Of a stretch of DNA of 64,000 nucleotides, positions 40,374 to 52,168 are shown one piece after another. The stretch spans positions 640,001-704,000 of the forward strand of contig JAYFMW010000020.1 in assembly GCA_042408215.1 (NCBI GenBank). Direction: 5' to 3'. The notes under the pieces were generated by a model. The model saw only the letters and a list, made by a program, of their open reading frames with translations. It did no database searches and was not told the origin of the DNA. Position numbers and translations under genes: made by a program. Every line of letters starts with the position of its first letter. The stretch's first letter is position 1. This stretch comes from Microcoleus sp. (lineage in GTDB: Bacteria > Cyanobacteriota > Cyanobacteriia > Cyanobacteriales > Microcoleaceae).

Positions 40374-41591
40374 CTACTTTAAAAGTGGATAATACAGTTC
40401 TCCGGTTGAGTTGATGAAACCGGCTCGATCGCCTGCAAGGTTTCCGGTGCCCATAAATACGTCTACTCTACCGGCACCTTTAATTGCACCGCCTGTATCT
40501 TGGTCTAAAACGTACCGATTCACTGCGTTTTGTTCGAGTTTTCCCGCTGCATTTGGGTAGGGTAGTTTGGTGCTAATTAATGCTAGGGCTCCGGGTGGCA
40601 TTAGGGATTTGTCGGTGGCGATCGATCTTTCGGCAGTTACTGGTACTCCAATGCTTCCTGTGGCTGGAACTCCGTTAGTGTCTCGGAAGAATACAAAGCT
40701 TTGATTTTTTGGCAAATACTTGTTCATATCTTCGGGGAAATTGGTAAAATATTCAGTTAGTTTCGGCAAATTTAACTGTTCTAAAGTAAACTTTCCGTCT
40801 TTCACTAATTCTCGCCCAACTCCTGTATAACTGTGACTTGTTTTGCCGGCAAAACCGACTGTCATCACGCTACCATCTGTTAGCTGCAATCTGGCAGAAC
40901 CTTGGACGTGAACCAGAAATGCTTGGAAGCGATCGCGCAACCAAACTAATTCTAATCCCCGCAACAGTCCTTTACTTGCCTGCAAAGCATCTGCGCCTTC
41001 TAATTCCAATCTTGTCGGGTGAGGTTTTGCCCAAGATGTCATGTTTGGCGGCACGCGATACAGGGGATAGCGATATTCGGCTGTCGGGGTTCTAGATGCT
41101 GCGTAAGTAGGCTCAAAATAACCGGTAAATGATACTGTTCCTTTGCCGTCTTTGCCTAGGGATTTGTAAAAAACAAATTCGCGCTTGACAGATTGCTCAA
41201 GTTGTGATGGTGTAGTAGAGTCGATCGCTAATTGGCGAAAGCGAGCGAGGGAACGGCGGACTCGATCGCGCGTAATTCCTGCTACTTGATAGCGACTGTA
41301 AGCATTAGCTGCGGCGGCTGTATCGAGATAACCAAGGCTGTAGTCGATCGACTTTAACAGCGATGCTTTGTCTCCCGGTTGACCCTGAACGCCCCAAATT
41401 TGATCGTCAAAGGCGATCGACTCCGATTCACTCGCTTGTAGCTGATTCGCACTAACTGGTTGTAGCGGGGGAAATGCAACAACGGGCACTGAAAAGGCGA
41501 TCGCCAAAATGCAACAGGCGATCGTCAATAGCTGATAGCGAAAAATTTTGCTCAATTTCCATTGTCCCTTATTCATCGTATCTTTCAACAC
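40374..41591 (-). CDS. mltA: Membrane-bound lytic murein transglycosylase A
   Basis: FTGYFEP, HVQGS, SIATD and 3D-domain DQDTGGAIKGAGRVDVFMG. Confidence 0.93.
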   Translation of the reverse strand: MLKDTMNKGQWKLSKIFRYQLLTIACCILAIAFSVPVVAFPPLQPVSANQLQASESESIAFDDQIWGVQGQPGDKASLLKSIDYSLGYLDTAAAANAYSRYQVAGITRDRVRRSLARFRQLAIDSTTPSQLEQSVKREFVFYKSLGKDGKGTVSFTGYFEPTYAASRTPTAEYRYPLYRVPPNMTSWAKPHPTRLELEGADALQASKGLLRGLELVWLRDRFQAFLVHVQGSARLQLTDGSVMTVGFAGKTSHSYTGVGRELVKDGKFTLEQLNLPKLTEYFTNFPEDMNKYLPKNQSFVFFRDTNGVPATGSIGVPVTAERSIATDKSLMPPGALALISTKLPYPNAAGKLEQNAVNRYVLDQDTGGAIKGAGRVDVFMGTGNLAGDRAGFINSTGELYYPLLK

Positions 41592-41826
41592 TAGAAGTAA
41601 AGATCGGTTCTACGCGAATTGCCTGAACACTGGTAGGGCGAACCACCATGTATTCACCTTGAATATTTTTGATCGGGACATTGAGAAATTCTTGTGACTC
41701 ATGTTTGGGCACCAACACGTTGCTGTACCACTTCTGAAAATCTTGCAGCGTTGCGAAACGCACTTCTTCGCGGTGGCCGCCACTTAGCAGCAGGTGCACG
41801 GAATATTCGTTCGGAGTTCTGGCCAT
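41569..41826 (-). CDS. Small hypothetical protein overlapping the mltA start
   Basis: 85-aa ORF with ordinary globular composition, in apparent operon with mltA. Confidence 0.75.
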   Translation of the reverse strand: MARTPNEYSVHLLLSGGHREEVRFATLQDFQKWYSNVLVPKHESQEFLNVPIKNIQGEYMVVRPTSVQAIRVEPIFTSSVERYDE

Positions 41827-41899
41827 ATCTGTATTTTTGATTTTTGATTTTAAGCTTTTGGAACCATACTATATTTTACCTGTTACTCGATCAATTTAT

Positions 41900-42315
41900 C
41901 GAAAAATTGGGTTTAAAACCCCGTCCTTCTAGGACGGCCTTATATTACAATAGCAAGGTCAAGGTTAAACTCGCCATGCTAAGAGTGAAAAGGTTAAGAC
42001 ACACTTTCAGGCATCAAGCACTGGATACAGAGGGGCGAAAACTCTTAAAACAGCTAGAGAATCCACGCATTCTCTATACCAGCAAATAAATAATTTGGTT
42101 CAATCGATTAAGTAAGGCGGGGCCCGCCCTCACTCTAGGCTCGTATCAAGCGTACGATGAGTGGAGATCGACCCAAAGCGGGTAACTGTGAGTTAGACTT
42201 GCCGATTGGTACTACTGTACGGTTGAGAGGTTTAAGAACTGCCGCAAGCACATGGTGCTTAAAGGTCAGTCGCTGAATTAAGAATCCTCATCTATGAAAG
42301 AGCGAGGAGTGTCAA
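41900..42315 (+). mobile_element. 416-bp internally deleted IS200/IS605 derivative
   Basis: Follows TTAT. LE AAAA-CCCCGTCCTTCTAGGACGG as at 42730; RE GAAT-CCTC...GAGGAGTGTCAA. No intact gene. Confidence 0.75.
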
Positions 42316-42385
42316 TCATCTAGCTTCCTAGGGTGCGTCAGCTTGGGGATTCTCCACCATCGAGAATCCCTACTACCAGGGTGGC

Positions 42386-42586
42386 ACTTCGACTACGCTC
42401 AGTGACCGCTTCTCTCCCCCAGAAGACCTAGCATATTGGTTTAGACAGAGGCGCTTCGACTACGCTCTGTTACCGCTTCGACTACGCTCTGTTACCGCTT
42501 CTCTCCTCCAGAAGACCTAGCATATTGGCTTAGACAGAGGCGCTTCGACTACGCTCAGCGAACACTTCGACTCCGCTCTGTTACCG
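42386..42586. repeat. Cluster of CTTCGACTACGCTC small dispersed repeats
   Basis: Five core copies embedded in a partial tandem duplication. Confidence 0.8.
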
Positions 42587-42729
42587 GGAATTGGGCCACC
42601 GACCTAGTTTGGCGGTAGCGCTTGGGTGCCGCGCGATGCCCTCACGCTGCTGTAAGCTCTAAAAAAAACACAAATAATGTATTTTACAACACGATTTAGG
42701 CGCAGCACTTAAAATAGTCTGGATTTTAC

Positions 42730-43976
42730 CAGAAAAATGGGTCTAAAGCCCCGTCCTTCTAGGACGGCTTTTTCGACCGCCTCAAGTTTCTAATCAGTTC
42801 CCGAAGAACATCAGTTTTTGTGCGTCCTACCCACTCGCAATATTCCTGCCCTCATCTGAAACTCATGTTCTTCAATCCTAAAATCTCATCGTTTTTTCCT
42901 GGTTAGTTCCAACTATCTGCTGTACAATAGTAGTATGAAAACCCTGAAGTTCAAACTGTATCAATACAAGCGGAATCGATTTCTCAAGCGGTCAATTAAC
43001 GCGGCTGGAGTGATCTACAACCACTGTATTGCGCTTCACAAACGGTACTGCCAGATGTGGGGTAAGCATTTGAACTGTGCAAAACTTCAGGCTCATATCG
43101 CCAAATTGCGGAAACGTAATCCGTTCTGGCAATTAGTCGGTTCTCAGGCTGTGCCAGATATTTGCCAACCCATTGATCGAGCCTATCAACTATTCTTAAA
43201 ACATCACAAGAAAGGAGTTAGACCACCGGGATTTAAGAAGGTCAAACGATACAAGTCATTCACGCTCAAGCAAGCTGGCTACAAATTCTTGGGTGGCAAT
43301 CGGATTAAGATTGGGAGTCGAGTCTATCAATATTGGAACTCCAGAGAGATAGAGAGAAAGGTCAAGACATTGACCATCAAGCGGACTCCCCTAGGTGAGT
43401 TGTTTATGGTCGTTGTTGTGGACGATGGAAGCGAGCCAATTATCAAATTTGAGACGAGTAGAATCGCTGGGTTTGATTTTGGTTTGAAAACTTTTCTCAC
43501 TGTTTCTGATGGTTCCCAGATTGAATCGCCTCAATTCCTTAAGCAGTCGATGAATGCGATCGAGAAAGGCAGTCGTCAGCATTCTCAAAAACAAAAAGGT
43601 TCAGCTAATCGGGAAAGAGCGAGAAAGAACCTCCTTCGTAAGTACGAAGACGTTGTTAACCGTCGTTCTGATTGGTTTTGGAAACTAGGGCATGAACTGA
43701 CGGAGCGGTTTGATGTGTTGTGCTTTGAGACGCTGAACCTCAAAGGAATGCTTCGACTTCGTTCAGCACAAGTGCAGCGTCTTTGGGGTCGCAAAATCTC
43801 AGATCTGGCTTTCGGAGAATTTTCCTGCAAATTCTCGAAGGGACGGGATGAAAACGCAGCTAAAAATATTGGTGCGGTTGGGGCATCAACCGTTAAGTTA
43901 GGCGATGTCAGACAGGTTTTGCCTGCAATTGCTGTTTGAGCTTAGAATCCTGCGGTACCGCCGGGGAGTATGTCAA
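42730..43976 (+). mobile_element. IS200/IS605-family tnpB-only element
   Basis: Follows TTAC. LE AAAG-CCCCGTCCTTCTAGGACGG; RE GAAT-CCTGCGG...GGGGAGTATGTCAA. Confidence 0.85.
42935..43939 (+). pseudogene. tnpB: tnpB with a C-terminal internal deletion (Zn finger lost)
   Basis: GFDFGLK, FETLNLKG and RDENAAKNI are present, but the segment between DLAF and RDxNAA is far too short. Confidence 0.8.
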
Positions 43977-44190
43977 CGATACACTGCACCCGTTAGCAGG
44001 CTATGTCTGTGAGCAAGAGTGGGAGGGTTCCGCCTTCAAACTCCTGAGAATGGTGCACAATTTCAAATTAATCTCACATAGCAGCACCATTTTCAGTAAG
44101 CTTTGGGTACAACAGGCTTTCTAACCTGTTGATAGCGGTGCAAAATCTAAAATCCATCGTTAATCTTGTCCAACTACTAATTACGAACCT

Positions 44191-47100
44191 ATGCCCCGTC
44201 GCCAAGACTTAAAAAAAATTCTGCTAATTGGTTCCGGCCCAATTGTGATCGGCCAAGCGTGCGAGTTCGACTATTCGGGGACGCAGGCTTGTAAGGCTTT
44301 GCGAGAAGAAGGTTATGAAGTAGTGCTGGTGAATTCCAACCCTGCAACGATTATGACCGATCCTGAAACAGCCGATCGCATCTACATCGAACCTCTGACG
44401 CCGGCGATCCTCGAACAAATCATCGCCAAAGAAAGACCTCAAGCAATTTTACCAACGATGGGCGGTCAAACGGCGCTGAATTTGGCAGTTGCGATCGCTA
44501 AAAATGGCGTTTTGGAAAAGTACGGCGTCGAGTTAATTGGCGCTAAGTTGCCGGCCATTGAAATGGCAGAAGACCGACTGTTATTTAAGGAAGCGATGGC
44601 GCGAATTGGAGTCGCTGTTTGCCCTTCGGGAATTGCGAATCATCTCGATGAAGCCAAAGCAATTGGTCACCAAATCGGTACTTATCCTTTAATTATTCGC
44701 CCTGCTTTTACAATGGGAGGCACGGGTGGTGGCATTTCTTACAATCAAGAAGAGTTTGAAGAAATGGCACAAGGCGGCATTGATGCTAGTCCGGTATCGC
44801 AAATTCTGATCGAACAATCTTTGATTGGTTGGAAAGAGTATGAACTGGAAGTGATGCGGGATTTAGCAGATAATGTGGTGATTATTTGTTCGATCGAGAA
44901 TCTTGACCCGATGGGCGTTCACACCGGAGATTCGATCACAGTCGCACCGGCTCAAACCCTCACAGACAAAGAATATCAGCGGCTGCGGGATGCTTCGATT
45001 AAAATCATCCGCGAAATCGGAGTTGAAACCGGCGGTTCTAACATTCAATTTGCCGTGAATCCCGTAAACGGGGATTTCATCGTCATTGAAATGAACCCCC
45101 GCGTTTCCCGTTCCTCTGCTTTGGCCTCGAAAGCAACTGGTTTTCCCATTGCGAAAATGGCTGCAAAATTAGCAGTAGGCTACACGCTGGACGAAATTTC
45201 TAACGATATTACGAAGAAAACTCCTGCTTGTTTTGAACCCACAATTGACTACGTGGTGACCAAGATTCCCCGATTTGCCTTTGAAAAGTTCCCCGGTTCC
45301 GAACCGACTCTGACAACGCAAATGAAGTCAGTTGGGGAGGTAATGGCGATCGGGCGTAGCTTCAATGAATCTTTCCAAAAAGCCCTGCGGGGATTGGAAA
45401 CAGGCCGGGCAGGTTTCGGGTGCGACAAACCGGAAAAATTGCCGAGTTTGGAACAAATTCGCGCCGGATTGCGGACACCAAATCCAGATCGCATTTTCAC
45501 AGTTCGCCACGCGATGATGATGGGAATGTCGGTGGAAGACATCTTTGAACTCACAGCAATTGACCCCTGGTTTTTGGACAAAATGCAGGAATTGCTGGAA
45601 ACGGAAAAGTTCCTGAAGCGGACGCGGCTCAAGCAGTTGACAAAAGAGACAATGTTTGAAGTAAAGCAGTTGGGATTTAGCGATCGCCAAATTGCTTACG
45701 CTACCAAAACATCAGAAGATGAAGTTCGCACTTACCGCAAACAATTAGGCGTCATACCGATTTACAAAACAGTTGATACCTGCGCCGCTGAGTTTGAAGC
45801 CTTGACTCCTTATTACTATTCTACCTACGAAGTGGGAGCAGCAATTTGGGAATTGGGCGATGAAGACAAGAAGGTGTCGCCGGTGGCTCAAAGTCTCGCG
45901 CCGGAGTCGGAAGTTTTGCCTTCTACTAAGCGAAAAGTGATGATTTTAGGCGGCGGGCCGAACCGGATCGGACAGGGGATTGAGTTTGATTACTGTTGCT
46001 GTCACGCTTCCTATTCCCTGGGAGCAGACGGGTTTGAGACAATTATGGTCAACTCGAACCCGGAGACGGTTTCGACAGATTACGATACGAGCGATCGCCT
46101 GTATTTTGAACCGCTAACTAAAGAGGATGTTCTCAACATTATCGAAGCGGAAAATCCAGAGGGAGTAATTATTCAATTTGGCGGACAAACTCCGCTGAAA
46201 TTAGCGATTCCTTTGCAAAAAGCTCTCGAAAATCATCCAGATGTACAAACAAAAATCTGGGGAACTTCGCCGGATTCGATTGATACTGCTGAAGACAGAG
46301 AAAGATTTGAAAAGATTCTGCGGGCGTTGAATATTCAACAAGCTGCTAACGGTTTGGCGCGCAGTTTTGAGGATGCTTTAATAGTAGCTCAACGGATTGG
46401 GTATCCGGTGGTGGTGCGCCCCAGTTACGTGTTAGGCGGGCGAGCAATGGAAATTGTTTATTCCGATACGGAATTGGAACGCTACATGACTTATGCCGTA
46501 CTGGTAGAACCGGAGCATCCGATTTTAATTGACAAGTTCTTGGAGAATGCGATCGAGGTGGATGTAGATGCGATCGCCGATGCGGAGGGAAATGTCACCA
46601 TCGGCGGCATTATGGAACACATTGAAGAAGCGGGAATTCACTCCGGCGACTCAGCTTGTTCTATCCCTTACCAAACCCTTACCGAGGAAGCTGTCGCAAC
46701 AATTCGCCGCCAGACAATAGAATTAGCAAAAGCCCTAAAAGTGATCGGGTTGATGAACATTCAATTTGCCGTTCAAGGAAAGGAAGTTTTCATTCTGGAA
46801 GCCAACCCGCGCGCTTCTCGAACAGTGCCTTTTGTCTCGAAAGCGATCGGAGTTCCCCTAGCAAAAATAGCGTCGCGGGTCATGTCGGGCAAAACATTGG
46901 AAGCTTTAGGTTTTACTAAAGAGATTGTACCAATTCACGTTTCAGTGAAAGAGGCAGTATTGCCCTTTGCCAAGTTCCCCGGAACTGATACTTTGTTAGG
47001 GCCAGAAATGCGATCGACCGGCGAAGTAATGGGAATTGACACGGATTTTGGCAAGGCATTTGCCAAGGCTCAATTGGGCGCGGGACAACTGATGCCGCTA

Positions 47101-47499
47101 TCGGGAACAGTGCTGATTTCGATGCGCGATCGGGACAAATTAGCAGTTGTACCAGTTGTCAAGGAATTCTTGGAATTAGGTTTTCAAGTAGTAGCAACTC
47201 ACGGCACCCGCAAAGTTTTGCGAGAGCAAGGTTTAGAGGTAGATTTGGTGTTAAAACTCCATGAAGGGCGGCCGAATTTGTTGGATTCCATCAAAAATGA
47301 TAAAATTCAAGTAATTATCACCACACCTTCCGGTGAAGAGTCACGCGCCGACGGAATCTTTATCCGCCGCACTGCTTTGACTTACAAAATCCCGATCATC
47401 ACCACCATTGCCGGTGCGAAGGCGACGGCTGCGGGCATTCGATCGCTCAAATCTCACCCGATGGATATCAAAGCAATTCAGGATTATTACCCTCAATAA
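44191..47499 (+). CDS. carB: Carbamoyl-phosphate synthase large subunit
   Basis: [17 protein letters not shown], duplicated ATP-grasp domains and a C-terminal MGS domain. Confidence 0.98.
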   Translation: MPRRQDLKKILLIGSGPIVIGQACEFDYSGTQACKALREEGYEVVLVNSNPATIMTDPETADRIYIEPLTPAILEQIIAKERPQAILPTMGGQTALNLAVAIAKNGVLEKYGVELIGAKLPAIEMAEDRLLFKEAMARIGVAVCPSGIANHLDEAKAIGHQIGTYPLIIRPAFTMGGTGGGISYNQEEFEEMAQGGIDASPVSQILIEQSLIGWKEYELEVMRDLADNVVIICSIENLDPMGVHTGDSITVAPAQTLTDKEYQRLRDASIKIIREIGVETGGSNIQFAVNPVNGDFIVIEMNPRVSRSSALASKATGFPIAKMAAKLAVGYTLDEISNDITKKTPACFEPTIDYVVTKIPRFAFEKFPGSEPTLTTQMKSVGEVMAIGRSFNESFQKALRGLETGRAGFGCDKPEKLPSLEQIRAGLRTPNPDRIFTVRHAMMMGMSVEDIFELTAIDPWFLDKMQELLETEKFLKRTRLKQLTKETMFEVKQLGFSDRQIAYATKTSEDEVRTYRKQLGVIPIYKTVDTCAAEFEALTPYYYSTYEVGAAIWELGDEDKKVSPVAQSLAPESEVLPSTKRKVMILGGGPNRIGQGIEFDYCCCHASYSLGADGFETIMVNSNPETVSTDYDTSDRLYFEPLTKEDVLNIIEAENPEGVIIQFGGQTPLKLAIPLQKALENHPDVQTKIWGTSPDSIDTAEDRERFEKILRALNIQQAANGLARSFEDALIVAQRIGYPVVVRPSYVLGGRAMEIVYSDTELERYMTYAVLVEPEHPILIDKFLENAIEVDVDAIADAEGNVTIGGIMEHIEEAGIHSGDSACSIPYQTLTEEAVATIRRQTIELAKALKVIGLMNIQFAVQGKEVFILEANPRASRTVPFVSKAIGVPLAKIASRVMSGKTLEALGFTKEIVPIHVSVKEAVLPFAKFPGTDTLLGPEMRSTGEVMGIDTDFGKAFAKAQLGAGQLMPLSGTVLISMRDRDKLAVVPVVKEFLELGFQVVATHGTRKVLREQGLEVDLVLKLHEGRPNLLDSIKNDKIQVIITTPSGEESRADGIFIRRTALTYKIPIITTIAGAKATAAGIRSLKSHPMDIKAIQDYYPQ

Positions 47500-47524
47500 G
47501 GTAGGGAAACGGCACTGAATTTGG

Positions 47525-47856
47525 CGTGTCAAATTAAGGCTAAAACCCTCTGGATAGATGTTTTGATCTAAGCCTCGATCCCCCTGGCATCCCCCTGCTT
47601 AAGGGAGTAGGGTGTGAGTAGGGGGTGACGAAAGAACCCCCTCCCATCCCCCTGATTAAGGGGTTGACTTTGATCGGAATCTTGTCCCACCCCCTACTCC
47701 CCTGATTAAGGGGGGCTAGAGTGTGTTTTCAAACTCTCCAATCAGATTCAGATCCCCCTAAATCCCCCTGAAAAAGTGGGACGCAAGAAGAATCTTGTCC
47801 CACCCCCTACTCAACCCCTACTCCCCTTAAGAAGGGGGATGCGAGGGGGATCTAGC
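47525..47856. repeat. Degenerate G/C-rich palindromic repeat cluster
   Basis: Same core family as at 4.7, 20.5 and 39 kb. Confidence 0.7.
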
Positions 47857-47857
47857 C

Positions 47858-49447
47858 TTAAAGCGATCGATAAACGCGATAGTTGATTTCAGGGAAAATA
47901 TTGTCAATTTCCTCAACCTTCTCCAACCAACCAGAATCAACTTTCCCTTCTTTCAGTTCATCGTACAGCTTGTGAAAGCGCATTAAGTGCGATCGAGTCC
48001 GCCGCACCGCATAGGGCACCATCGTCCCTGTACGCATAATAAACGCCCAGTCAGAAGATTGAGCCAGCAACACTTCCCGCGCCGCCTGGTTCAAAGCACG
48101 CCACTGCAACTCATCTTCAGGTTCCATACTTCCCAATTCAATCATCCGTTCCGCAGCTTTGTGCAAGTGCGGGTAAATCCAAGAATTCGTATTGTTCAAC
48201 CAATACTCGTGGAAACCCCGGAAACCCCAACTAGACTGAGACGGGCGACAAACTTGCTGAGTCGTATTCCCCCGCAAATAATCCGCCAAATGCGTCATCT
48301 CGTAGGTATTTTGGTCGAACCAACTCTTGCGGAACAGGTAATCTAAGAACCAAGGCCCTTCGTACCACCAGTGACCGAAAAGTTCCGCGTCGTAAGGCGA
48401 AACAATAATCGGTGGGCGCTGCATAATCCCGTTCAGGTGCTCGACTTGGCGTTCCCGGTTGAAGGCAAAGTTGCTGGCGTGTTCGGCGGCCTTTTCCCTC
48501 GCCCAGTAAGGATCGTACAACTGTTTGTCGCCTAAACCTAGTCCCCGGCCGGTGATTTTGTGGTATTTAATCCCTGTATTTTTCCGCTGGCCGTTGGGCA
48601 TGATATAGGGCTTAATGTAATCGTATTCTGCTTCCCAGCCCAAATCTTTGTAGAATTCTCGGTATTCGGCGGCGCCGGGATAGCCGACTTCCGAAGACCA
48701 AACTTGCTGGGAAGATTCGTGATCTCGACCGAATACTGCTACTCCGCTTTCGGTGAAAATTGGGGCGTAGCTACCGTAGCGGGGGCGCGGGCGGGCGTAG
48801 AGGATGCCGTGACCGTCTGTGAGGAAGTATCGTAAGCCGGCATCGGCTAACATCCGCTCTAAGCCTTCGTAGTAGGCGCATTCGGGCAGCCAAATTCCTT
48901 TTGGGCGGCGGCCGAAGTTTGCTTCGTAGTTGTCGCAGGCTACTTGAATTTGTGCCCAAACTGCTTCGGGGTACATTTTCATCAGCGGTAGGTAGCCGTG
49001 GGTGGCTCCGCAGGTGATGATTTCGAGGTTGTTGGTGTCTTGGTGTTCTTTGAAGGCTTTGACTAAATCTCGATCGTACCTTTCCCAGAAGTTGCGGACT
49101 TGATGGAAATGGGCCGCGTAGTGTTCGGCTAAATAGCGGAGGTGACCGTTGTCGGCGTTGTGTGCGATTTCCAGTTCTACTAATTCTTCGAGTTTTGCCA
49201 AGTGCTCGTCAAACCGGTCTTGTAGCAGGGGGTCGCGCAGCATGGCCACCAGGGGCGGTGTCATGCTCATGGTAATTTTGAAGTCGATACCGTCGCGTTT
49301 TAGCCCCTCAAAGACTTGTAGCAGGGGAATGTAGGTTTCGGCGATCGCCTCAAACAGCCATTCTTCCTCTAGAACGTAGTCGCTTTCGGGGTGGCGGACA
49401 AAAGGCAGGTGGGCGTGGAGAACGAGGGCGAGGTAGCCAATAGTCAT
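47858..49447 (-). CDS. Glycoside hydrolase family 57 (branching-enzyme-like) protein
   Basis: LHAHLPFV, GATHGYLP, WLPECAY, YDAELFGHWWYEG and AQSSDWAF. Confidence 0.92.
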   Translation of the reverse strand: MTIGYLALVLHAHLPFVRHPESDYVLEEEWLFEAIAETYIPLLQVFEGLKRDGIDFKITMSMTPPLVAMLRDPLLQDRFDEHLAKLEELVELEIAHNADNGHLRYLAEHYAAHFHQVRNFWERYDRDLVKAFKEHQDTNNLEIITCGATHGYLPLMKMYPEAVWAQIQVACDNYEANFGRRPKGIWLPECAYYEGLERMLADAGLRYFLTDGHGILYARPRPRYGSYAPIFTESGVAVFGRDHESSQQVWSSEVGYPGAAEYREFYKDLGWEAEYDYIKPYIMPNGQRKNTGIKYHKITGRGLGLGDKQLYDPYWAREKAAEHASNFAFNRERQVEHLNGIMQRPPIIVSPYDAELFGHWWYEGPWFLDYLFRKSWFDQNTYEMTHLADYLRGNTTQQVCRPSQSSWGFRGFHEYWLNNTNSWIYPHLHKAAERMIELGSMEPEDELQWRALNQAAREVLLAQSSDWAFIMRTGTMVPYAVRRTRSHLMRFHKLYDELKEGKVDSGWLEKVEEIDNIFPEINYRVYRSL

Positions 49448-49859
49448 AAAAAAACTCCGTAAGTGGGAAACTCAGAGTCTTTAGACCTGAGAGGGAAACG
49501 AGAAGAAGGAGTCAGGAGTCCGTATTCAGGAGTGAGTATTCAGGAATAACGGTTCCTATGAAAGAGGGCTCTGGTCAGTACGGCTGGATGATGACTCATG
49601 CAAGCCCAGTCTATGAGAGAGCTGGGTAACAGACAATGATTTGGATACAGCAGTTGATTAACTGACGGGAGTTAGGAACTGTTTTACGATATTTTAAGAT
49701 GTTATGGTGAAACAAAACGCACAAAGTGCGGTGTTTTTTCAAGGGTTCTTCTCTAGTAGAGTGACATCTGATACACCAACCTGAGTACAGGTACTTGTGC
49801 TGAGCCCTTCGACTACGCTCAGGATAAACTCCGCCGAAGTATGGTGTAGGCTTCGCAAC

Positions 49860-50565
49860 CAATCCGGCTATCGCTTAGGAGGCGTTGCGCTTTAAGAACG
49901 GGATGACCCACCGCTCTATTTTTTATATTGATAGCTGCATTATGGTCGCGCTCAAGACTACACCCGCAATGAGGGCAGTCGTGCCATCTTTCGTGCAGTT
50001 GTTTAGGTACTTTCTCACCGCAATTGGAGCAATCTTGTGAAGTGTTATGAGCGCTGACTGGGACTGCCAAATTTCCCAGCATTTACGGCTTTATTTGTTA
50101 GTATCGACAGTCAGCTTGACCACCCAGCATCCAACACAGATTTAGCCAATCTTGTACGAGCAAGTCCTTTAATATTCAAGTCTTCGTGAGCAATTACGTC
50201 ATATTTTGACAGCAGACAATTAGCCGTATTGCAATAATTTTTGTTCCTTTTATATCACTTCCGATAGCATCGGAATTATTCATTTCTCTGATCTCCCTCT
50301 GCGTTCTCTGTGGCCTCTGTGGTTAAATCATTCCGATGCAACCGGAAACGATATTATAGCAACCGCCAAGGCTGTTAAGGCGATGAGAGTCATTGCTCCC
50401 TTCGACTCCGCTCAGGGAGCAATGACTCTCATCGCCTTGGCGACTGCTATATCAGTAACTTTCTTGTGTTTTCTACCAAGTTTTTTAACCGTTTTTTGCC
50501 TGCGGTTGCTTCCTTTTTACGTCGTGATATCAATTCCGGGGACTGTCTCGTCTTCCAGGGAACGA
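49860..50565 (-). pseudogene. tnpB: tnpB C-terminal fragment interrupted by two MITEs
   Basis: GSNRRQK..., [23 protein letters not shown] and RDHNAAINI, with stops and frameshifts. Confidence 0.8.
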
Positions 50566-51691
50566 TACAATCCACGATTAACGCGCTTTCCAGATTCTTT
50601 CCACCCTTCAGTTTTTTCACCGAACTTAGGTAGCTCATCTGAATCTAAAAAACTCGCCTTACTCGTATAGCTTTCTTCGGTTTCAACAAATCGAATACCG
50701 TACTGTTCACAAAGCTGAGAAATCCTATCCTTCAATCGAGCGGTAGGAATTTGCACAAAGTTTTGATTCGTTTTACTGCCAAGATTTATTTCTTGGCGCA
50801 TCCCTTTGTTCCAGCCAAAAACGACTGTACCTATTTGGTTTTCAAGGCAATGATTCAACACTAATCTAGCTGCTTTATTAACGGCATCTCTGACCCGCCT
50901 ATTCCGCTTTTCCGTAATTTTCGCCAATTTCTTAGACCAAAAGCCTTGAGGTCTATACTCTTTAATCGCTGCAACCCGTTTGTTATACCATTGATTTAAT
51001 GACTTTAAATGCCGTCCATCTACGATAAAACCGGTTCCTATATTAGAAACACAAGTCAACCAATTATTTAGTCCTGGATCGATACCCAGAGCTTTACTCG
51101 CATCTAGTTTAGCGGCGGTTGATTGAAGTTGGTAGACAAACTCGACATAAAATTGTCCGTTTCTTGGCAAAATGCGAATCTCTCTAATTGCCTTGTAGTC
51201 TAGGTTAGATGGAATTGGTAAATAAAATTCACCAATTCCAAACCATAGTTTAACCTTAGTTTAACCTTGCTTCCCAATGGGAACCTCAATTGGCCATTTT
51301 TAAATTTTACGTCTGCCTTTGGATACGTTACAAGCTTCAAGCTGTTCTTACGATATTTTGGCAGTTTAGGATGTTGTGTCACTGTGCCACTGGCAACTCC
51401 CTTAAGTAGTCCAATGTACGATTTAAAAGACTCCGCAACGCCAGTCAACGTCTGTTGAGCAACATGGGAATATAGTGCTTTGAAGTGAAGATTTTCTTTG
51501 AATAATTTGTGCAAGTCGTACTTGCCGGGAATCTTTCCAGTTTTGAAATACAGTTGTCGAGAGTAGTAAGTTCCGCAATTAGCTAATTTGTTTGACTCTT
51601 CGCATATAAACTCCAGAACGCTTCTCAATTCCCGACTTGGACTGATTAGATTTTGCTGGCATCCATAATTAGACATTCTTTTGATTCTCAA
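50566..51691 (-). pseudogene. tnpB: tnpB pseudogene (11-bp duplication frameshift, 3' truncated)
   Basis: TAGTTTAACCT is duplicated at 51246-51267. GIDPG and EESYTSKAS are present; homology stops after RGLYRS. Confidence 0.85.
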
Positions 51692-52067
51692 TGTATTGCT
51701 TGATTACTGAAATAGGCGCACCGCCAACAGTTGCAATAAAGTAGCTATTAGTCCACAGGGTTGGCAATCGACTTTTAAGCCAAGGAAATTCTTGGCGAAG
51801 ATATCGAGAAGAACGCCCTTTCATGTACCGAATCAGCTTGGCAATCCCAAATTGAGGATCGCATTCTATCAAGAGATGAACATGATCTGGCATTACTTCC
51901 ATTTCTATTAATTCACTACCAAACTCAGTCGCAACCTCTAACAATATTTCTTTTAGTCGAACATCAACACCTTCGATTAAAACTTTACGACGATATTTCG
52001 GACACCACACAATATGGTATTTACACGAGTAAACAACATTTTTGTTTGATTTGTAATTGACGCTCAT
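51669..52067 (-). CDS. tnpA: IS200/IS605 Y1 HUH transposase TnpA, apparently intact
   Basis: YHIVWCPKYRR, DHVH (HUH), LWTNSYF and YIENQ. Confidence 0.95.
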   Translation of the reverse strand: MSVNYKSNKNVVYSCKYHIVWCPKYRRKVLIEGVDVRLKEILLEVATEFGSELIEMEVMPDHVHLLIECDPQFGIAKLIRYMKGRSSRYLRQEFPWLKSRLPTLWTNSYFIATVGGAPISVIKQYIENQKNV

Positions 52068-52168
52068 AGTATAGTTATACAGTATGAACCTGCATACCGT
52101 ATAAATTTCGTATTAAGATTTGTTAAATACTGAAGGCGGTTGAAACCGCTGCCGACTTATCCCCGTGT

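Noticed and set aside
41844..42089. 81-aa ORF
   Set aside because: It reads through an IS left end into tnpB debris, so it is not a credible gene.
42386..42586. Possible mini-CRISPR next to tnpB
   Set aside because: The intervening sequences are themselves duplicated, and the core is a dispersed repeat found elsewhere in the window.
49461..49610. Additional IS-end-like hairpins upstream of the GH57 gene
   Set aside because: They resemble IS605 ends, but I could not define boundaries or a matching partner end.
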